Shown one piece after another: positions 56,191 to 64,000 of a stretch of 64,000 nt of DNA. The stretch is taken from assembly GCA_951406725.2 (NCBI GenBank), contig OX597825.1, forward strand, positions 32,426,001 through 32,490,000. Direction: 5' to 3'. The DNA comes from Octopus vulgaris (lineage: Eukaryota). The position numbers and the translations under genes are program-made. Under the pieces are notes generated by a model. It was not told the DNA's origin. It made no database searches and was given only the letters and a program-made list of their open reading frames with translations. How positions within the stretch are numbered: the stretch's first letter is position 1; every line of letters begins with the position of its first letter.

Positions 56191-56320
56191 AGCCTGACAC
56201 GTGTTTCTGCTGCATAAGTGTCTTAATGTTTATTGATGTAACGCTTATGTGTGTCTGGGTGGTTCAATTGCAGTATTTATAGACCAGAGTAGATGTCTCT
56301 ATGCAGTTTTCTTCAAGGCT
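56191..56320 (-). ncRNA. Hammerhead-like motif with long stem II (family L)
   Basis: Minus strand: agcc TTGAAGA aaa ctgcata-[~80 nt]-tatgcag ca GAAAC ACGT GTC aggct; 7-bp stem II, ACACGTGT palindrome, agcct/aggct complementarity one base out of the canonical register. Confidence 0.55.
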
Positions 56321-56463
56321 ATACTCGTGCGAGTTGCTGAAGCGTACTGAGGAATTCTGTCTTTGAAAGTTCTATTCAAATATAATTTGGGTGGGAGAGC
56401 CACAAAAGCTTAATGTAAATGATAGTAGAGTTTGCTGTTAAATAAGAAAAGGCTATATATTCT

Positions 56464-56720
56464 AGCGGAGGCGCGTGGCTTAGTGGTTAGGGTGTCAGCA
56501 TCATGATCGTAAGATTGTGATTTCGATTCCTGGACCGGGCGACGCGTTGTGTTCTTGAGCAAAACACTTCATTTCACGTTGCTCCTGCCCATCCAGTGGG
56601 CAAAAATGAATAACGCTGCGATGGACTGTCGTCCCGTCCAGCTGGGGAACACATACGCCATTGAAACCGGGAAACCGGGCCCATGAGCCTGGCTAGGCTT
56701 GAAAAAAGGGTGCATAAGTA
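56464..56720 (+). mobile_element. Full-length tRNA-derived SINE family C (CORE-like)
   Basis: A box ggcgcgtggcttagtggttaggg, B box tttcgattcc, then tgtgttcttgagcaaaacacttcatttcac (MIR/CORE-like). Confidence 0.88.
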
Positions 56721-57174
56721 ATTAAAATAAATATATATTCTATTATATTTTAAACTTAAAGTGATTCTTAAGAATTTAAAGGATTAGAGTGATTATGTAA
56801 TTTTATTCGAAGAGGCCTTAACTTAGTCAGTACGTATTTCCCTCGCGGGCTACATATTATAAAGATAGAATGAACGTTATTATAGAGATAGATTAAGAGG
56901 AATCAAGGGGAAATGAAGTGGAGATAAAAAAGTTAAAAAAAAAAAACATAAAGAGGAATGAAGTTTATTGCGAGCAGTTCATTTTTTATCCCTACAGATA
57001 CAAACTTCAATAAAGCTGCATAGATTCGTCCACCACGAATGAACATATACTGCAAGAGAACCATCCAGATCAACGTAAATGCAACATCAATGGACATTAG
57101 GACGCCAATGCAGCGGAAACACGAGTCGGACTGAAATCTATAGTTCGACATTCTTGTAATGTATTGTGTGTATG

Positions 57175-57244
<70 letters not shown>

Positions 57245-57258
57245 TATATATATATATA

Positions 57259-57700
57259 GGCAATGTCGTGGCTGTGTGGTACGAAGCTTGCTTCCCAACC
57301 ACATGGTTCCGAGTTCAGTCCCACTGCTTAGCACTTTGGATAAGTGTCTTCTACTCTAGCCTCGGGCCGATCAAAGCCTTGTGAGTGGATTTGGCAGAGG
57401 GAAACTGAGGGAAACCCGTCGTGTATATATATATATACGTACACATACATATATGTTTGTTTGTTTGTATCTATGTGTGTGTGTCTGTGTTTGTCCCCTA
57501 CCCCACCGCTTGACAACCGGTGTTGGTGTATTTACGTACTTGTAACTTGTAACTTAGCGGTTCGACAAAAGTAACCGACAGAATAAGTACTAAGCTTACA
57601 AAGTAAGTCTTTGAGTCGATTTGTTCGACTAAACCCTTTAAGGTGGTGCTCCAGCATGTCCGCCGTCAAATGGCTGAAACAAGTAAAAGAATAAAATAAT
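57259..57700 (+). mobile_element. Full-length SINE family B
   Basis: Colinear with 15745-16200. Confidence 0.88.
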
Positions 57701-58004
57701 ATGTGTGTGTGGTGTAATATACATTTGTGTATGTGTTTATATATGTATGCATGTGTTTATGTAAAAATCTACCAATGTCTCAGCCACAAGCAATGCACGA
57801 TGTAATGTTTGCTGGATCAGAATCAACACGTTTTAGTTACCAGAAAAAATGTTGTTGCTTTAAGAATTAATAACAAAACAAACAAAAAAAAGCCCACAAA
57901 CAAAACAGGAAACTATTTTCTTCCTCAGCAAATTTTGGATGTGTTTTTTTAAGCTAGAAACAGATTCAGTTCATTGTTATTGCGTTTATCTTTAGAAAGA
58001 CAAT

Positions 58005-58160
<156 letters not shown>

Positions 58161-60062
58161 TATATTTCCAGATCCATTATTTGGCTACTTCGTGACATGA
58201 AATAAAGCAAAGCCTTTAAATCTTCGAACAGACAATATAATAGAGAATAAAACGTGGAAGAGTAGAATTGGTTTGTAGCAAGAATTACTTGAGTGATTAA
58301 ATTATATTCTATTGACAAGGATAGGAATTAGGATGATTTACGACCAGATATTGTGAATGAACTAAAACCGTGGCTTCAACGGACCGGTGTGTGATTGGAC
58401 AGCAACAGTGATAACACCAATAACAATATCAATAATAAACAAAAGCCTACAACAAAACTAGAAAATGCATTAGGAAAGAGTAAAAACTACAGACAATGAA
58501 TCTCGTAGAATTTGCATGATTTGTAAGAGCGAACCCTTTCTAATCTAATTGACAAATAAGTAACTCGCTCATTTCTTATGATAAAACTCAGATAAGTCAT
58601 ATGTCGAATTCATCGCAAACTTTCTGCTGAGCTTCGTTTATTTTTATTTGTATCAAACACATCTATTCTTTTAGATATCAATTTTTATCACATCTATCTA
58701 TTCATACTGCAGTATCATTTGCGCTGTTGATGGTGCGCAAAATTTGCAAACCCTGATCTCTATATTGGCCAATTTAAGGCATTTCTGTCTCCCTCAAAAT
58801 GTTTCAATATTACACGTATGACAATAAAACATTGGAAGAATATAAAAAGTACCTTTATTTACTTCAAAATTTTTATATTCTTTCTATGGTCAAGTTTACT
58901 ATTCTTTTGCAGTTTCTTTTTCTCTCTATGTATCTACACATAAGCATATATCAACATTGTCATACACTTATTTATACACATGCATAAATACATACATTAA
59001 GGCGGTGAGTCCCATAATCCAATAGACTTCGTCTTCATATAGTGTAATTAGGACACGTCAAGCGAGAAGACCTCAAGTCCCATCATATTATACACAGAGG
59101 AGAAGTTGAACCCAACGTTAGAAATTAACATAATAGGTTGTTGATAAACCCACAGAGGAATTTATGGCGCAATATCAACAGATAATGTTTTAAAATTAAT
59201 TAGTAGAGAACCTCCTTTTGCGCACAGATTGCTAGTTCAATTTTTTTACAGACAGCTGATGCATAATGTGCAATTTTTCACAGAGACAAAACGACAGCTA
59301 TGCTTACCAAACAAAATGGAAGAGACCTTGTTGAGAATATTCTAGTTTATACCGAGCGGAGCAATATCTAGTTTCCAAATAAAACTAGAGAAAAAGGGAG
59401 GAAATGCTCTTTCTTCCTGGACCTGAAGAAGAATGTATGTTGAACAAAATCTTCTCTTAATATCACTGGTTCTAAGTGCGTGTAGTATCCTGGGGAAAGT
59501 ATCAGGTGGGGTAGAGTCACCAGATAGACCATTGTTCTGGAGAGACATGCACAGATGCACGTGAGTACTTCCATTTACACGAAAGCTAGGCTGTCATTCT
59601 AGAATCACCAACGGAACTAATTGTAAGTCATTACCTGTTATACTTTCTATAAATGTTTACTGATACTTCTATAAACTATACTTCCACATATTCTACTGGC
59701 AAAAATATTACTGTAACTTAATATTAGACTCTCTAAGCAGAAGAAGATAGACTATTCCTGTCCATCGTGTTGAAGTTGTCTCAACTAAAACACCCCAGAC
59801 GATAAACTCCTTCAGCAGAAAGTTTCGTACAGGAGTTGTCAGTAGTCAGTAGCTTTGTCGCCAGTCAGCGGCAGACGATACCTACTCATCCCACCATGTG
59901 ACCTAGACCAATGAGAATGAGTTGGTAACTATTTAATGACAACCAGCTTTATTTAGAAGCTGTGAAAGCATTGTCGCCCAGAATCACTCACCCGGATAAT
60001 CAAGGGTATTTTCCGTATTCCCGTAGGAATTTAACTAATGTGATTCAAACAGTAAAATACAT

Positions 60063-60117
<55 letters not shown>

Positions 60118-60875
60118 GGAAAGAGTGAGAGAGGACGTAGCCACAAACAAAGAATCGGAAGATTCACGTACTTTTGCAATGTATGAGGACGGAGATGTCC
60201 TCTATTTGACTGTCATAGTTTAATCTTCTCTAATGTCTCCCACTCATTCCATTTTCTACGTTAATGATGAATTTAATGTCGCTTTTAACAGGACATTCAT
60301 TTATGCAGATAATGCATGCTTCACTCCTCATTAACCTTAGGTGAAGAGGCGTCATCCTCACGCAATTTAAACCACACAGCACAGACGTGTACCAGGGAAT
60401 CAAAAGTCCATTTAGCATTTTAATTATATGTATCATTTAAATACTAAAGGCTCTTCTGAATCACGCTGTATGAAACCTGGAGAGCATTCTTTAATCACAA
60501 CATGACAACTTTATCTCTTTCAACTGTACAAACATTCAAAAAGATTCATTGACTACAATTATCACGTAAACAGTTTTGTACCACACATTTTCTCCTAGGA
60601 GCAACATACAATTAAAACCATCTGAGTTGTTATAAAGGCAAGGATCTACTTATATCACACAGCTATAACTGCTTATCAAAATCTAAGATCACACTTTAGA
60701 CCAACAAATACTTCAGCTCTGTTCAATGAGGACCCACAATGCAATATTATTCACATATATGAGATAGCGCTATTGATGCTTCACACATCGACATCTTAGA
60801 CAAATTCTAAAAGAAGACAATTTGTTGTATATTGCTGAATGGAAGAGAAAGAGAAATGACACAAATAATATCCAT

Positions 60876-61092
60876 GACAGAAACGTTAGCACGGGCGAAA
60901 TGCGTAGCCGCATTTCGTCTGCCGTTACGTTCTGAGTTCAAATTCCGCCGGGGTCGACTTTGCCTTTCATTCTTTCGGGGTCGATAAATTAAGTACCAGT
61001 TACGCACTGGGGTCGGTGTAATCGACTTAATCCGTTTGTCTGTCCTTGTTTGTCTCCTCTGTGTTTAGCCCCTTGTGGGTAGTAAAGAAACA
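60876..61092 (+). mobile_element. SINE family A
   Basis: cagaaacgttagcacgggcgaaatgcgtagcc...ccccttgtgggtagtaaagaaa. Confidence 0.9.
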
Positions 61093-61717
61093 AGTATAAA
61101 GAAGACAGTTATTTAGAAAAAGGTGGAAACACTCACCCGAGAAGGACATATTCTTGCTTTTTATAACAGAATATGCTTTGAATAGTCCATTGTTTGGGTT
61201 AAGCCATTTCGATGGAGTAGTAATAAAGAATGCAGAATCTAAACATTGATGGTTCAAATTCAAACGTTGACATTTTTGACATAAGCAAAACTTCAACAAC
61301 CAATAGTCTTCAACAAATGTGTTTTCTCTTCTCTGTGTTTCTTCCATCTGAGGAAAGGGCCTCTGCTTCTCTGAAATATCTCGCAGCATAACAGCTCCGT
61401 CTATTCAAACTGTTCTCCCTCTGTTCCTTTCTCCCATAACCTTTATTTTGTTCACAGGTCAGGCCTTACTCTAAAAATTTTATCTGCTCTTTTCTGTCTA
61501 GAACAGCGGCCCTCGAGAATTCTTTGTCCCTTAAACACTGACGTACACATGTTCATGCTGAAAGTTACCCATATACAACTCCCTGATTTAGAAAATGTGC
61601 GGGAAACTAAAAATGACTTTTAGATATTGATTTTCACCCTCTGGTTATCATACATATATGTTCACATACAAAAATACATAAATACATATATCCATATACA
61701 TATACATATACATATAC

Positions 61718-61755
<38 letters not shown>

Positions 61756-61997
61756 ATTTATGCATGTATGTATGTATGTATATATATGGATGTCAAGCAG
61801 AGACAGTTACTGCACGCATCAAAGATCTTTGCACGTCCGTCTCAGCGTGAACGAACGAGTTAAATATAAATGTACACAGTTTACTTTAGCAATCGCTGCT
61901 TAGTGTTTATCTTTTCTTAATCAGTTGTCTAGATTAATAGATTTGCTGCTTGTTGCAGAACTGTGCTACGTTACGATCACTTTTGCAAATATATACC

Positions 61998-62050
<53 letters not shown>

Positions 62051-62137
62051 TATATATATATATATATATATTTATACACATACGTTTATGAATTTGTGTT
62101 GCAAAATTTCTGATGTGAAGTCGTCTGTTGAAACAGA

Positions 62138-62612
62138 TATTGTTGTATTTCGGGACGATCTATTTTTGCCAAATAAGCACACGCACTACATATTCGTTCT
62201 TCATTTATTGTATTACTGTTCTTATTCTAACTCAGGTCCATTGCCTGGAAATCTTCCGTCGCACATCTGTGACCTCCTCAGCGAACACTCTCCATCTTCG
62301 TTCGTTCTCTTCCTCTGCTTGTTCCATTCCCTTTGAGAGTTATATACAGAATGTAATAAACAGAGCAAGAGCACACACGAAGACGGAAAGTGTCACTGAA
62401 GAGGTCACAGACGTGCGACGAAAGATTTCTGAACAAAGGACATGAGTTCGAATAAGAACAGTAATAAACAAGTGAAGAAAGTTATTTACATTATTTACAT
62501 TATTTACATTCGACGGGTAAATATCGAACTGTATTAAGTGAAGAACGAACATATAGTGCGTGTGTATATTTAGCAAAAAGAAAAAAATGACCACTCCGAA
62601 ATACAGCAATAT
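62138..62612. mobile_element. Complete family A fold-back element with two outward-facing HHR motifs
   Basis: Inverted termini tattgttgtatttcgggacgatc and gaccactccgaaatacagcaata; HHR on - at 62243-62290 (CTGAGGA..GGAAG) and on + at 62391-62435 (CTGAAGA g gtcaca-gacg-tgcgac GAAAG ATTTC). Confidence 0.82.
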
Positions 62613-62620
62613 ATATATAT

Positions 62621-62659
<39 letters not shown>

Positions 62660-62790
62660 ACGCACAATAAATTCATAACTTACTAAAATTTCTCCTAAGA
62701 TGGAAAACTCGGAAACATTGAAGCAATTTTTAGCAACACTCAAAGAAAAGGGAAGATAATATATATTTAAAAAAAAATACAATTAATATC

Positions 62791-63150
62791 TAAAATTAGT
62801 CTCCAGCTAATGGAAAGGACGGTCGGGTGTTTGTTTGTTGGCAATAAACATGATCTGCATTATATATATATATATATATATTGCTGTATATCAGGGTGGT
62901 CATTTTTTTTCTTTTTGTCAAATAAACACACATCTGTGACCTCGTCAGCGACACTTTCCGTCTTCGTGTGTGCTCTTGCTCTGTTTATTCCATTCTGTAT
63001 ATAACTCTCAAGAGAATGGAATATGCAGAGCAAGAGCACGAACGAAGACGGAAAGTGTTCGCTGAGGAGGTCACAGGTGTGCGACGGAAGATATATATAT
63101 ATATAAACAAACACCAGACCATCCTTTCCATCAGCTGGAGACTAATTTTA
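62791..63150. repeat. Outer inverted repeat (46-bp arms) enclosing a nested family A element
   Basis: 62791-62836 taaaattagtctccagctaatggaaaggacggtcgggtgtttgttt is the reverse complement of 63105-63150. Confidence 0.8.
62879..63092. mobile_element. Deleted family A copy in opposite orientation, (TA)n on both sides
   Basis: Reverse-complement homolog of 62250-62610; CTGACGA on - at 62942-62948 and CTGAGGA on + at 63062-63068. Confidence 0.8.
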
Positions 63151-63547
63151 TATATATCTACGGTGTAGCCAGGCAACCGTGAGCCTTCTTTCAGGGTTTT
63201 TAGACTAGAGAAGAAAAGGGAGATAATCTTTCTTTACCAGGCGATTGGACTGAATGCTTCAATTTGTCATGTGATGGTGGTGTTAAACTAGAGAGTTTGA
63301 ATCGATTCAAGTCCATACATGAGTGGTACTATTTTATCGAACATGGATGGATATAATTCAAACCCCGTGTTAATGAATCTGAGTTCAGAATCTGGAACGA
63401 TGCAAAGATGGAGCTAAAACTGGCAAAAATACATTAATTTTAACAGTGTAGCGTTTCAGCTATTCTATTGTTGTTGTTGCATAAACAAATAATTTGAACA
63501 GCATTTTATATTTATCAGATTTATTGGTCAGCCTCAACCTATATTTA

Positions 63548-63925
63548 TACTAGCAGTAATGCCCGGTTTTGCTCGGGTTTGTTTCGACCCTTTAGAATTG
63601 GAATTTTTGAAAAGAAAATATTTTGCATTATGTAGCTTGTTATTCTCTTACAGGTTGAAATACACCGAAAAATGGTGACACATCAGTCAAAATATCGTAA
63701 AAAATAGGAATTTTCATAGAAAAAAGCATCTTTTTGATGTAAATAATTTTTGTAAATAATGCTCCGATTTGAATGTTTTCTTCTACGGAAAAAGAGCAAA
63801 CCTTCTTCTATCATACTTTCAATTTTGGTCAACTTGCGCCGCAGAGTCACGGAGCAGATAGTGTTAGTTGAAGGCTACCGAACCTAGCCTTACACAAACA
63901 ACTTCAGCTTTATATATATAGAGAG
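63548..63925 (+). mobile_element. Helitron/Helentron-like non-autonomous element
   Basis: One end is actag followed by the hairpin cccgg-ttttg-ctcggg; the other end is cttcagctttatatatataga, as expected for CTAG/hairpin and TC termini read in reverse. Confidence 0.6.
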
Positions 63926-64000
63926 ATATGTCTACTAAATCAAATAATCACTTTTGATTCTTTACTCAGTCATAACTTCTAGCTAAGGTGAAGAACCACT

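Noticed and set aside
61345-61390. CTGAGGA a aggg...ctct GAAAT ATC hammerhead-like string
   Set aside because: No stem I pairing is visible; left out of the count pending a consensus

Overview
AT-rich, repeat-saturated eukaryotic non-coding DNA with no host protein-coding exon I can support; nearly every ORF in the track is a translated microsatellite. The tRNA-derived SINE families and microsatellite load resemble an octopus (coleoid cephalopod) genome, which is an inference from recall, not a search. Recognisable content: three abundant tRNA-SINE families, decayed mariner and Chapaev-like transposases, pogo/mariner MITEs, Helitron-like non-autonomous elements, an R4/Dong-like endonuclease tail, an RTE-like 5' remnant and a decayed Penelope-like (PLE) reverse transcriptase. 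The main signal is about 19 type-I hammerhead-ribozyme (HHR)-like motifs (complete, variant or partial) from about 12 sequence-unrelated small elements. Most lie next to (TA)n tracts and many lie inside large fold-back palindromes. Most carry a short self-complementary stem III, and its sequence differs between families. Three families show a compensatory U3-A8 core (TTGANAA), one family has A6->U, and some have very long stem II inserts. All structures were read by eye; no folding, alignment or database search was run.
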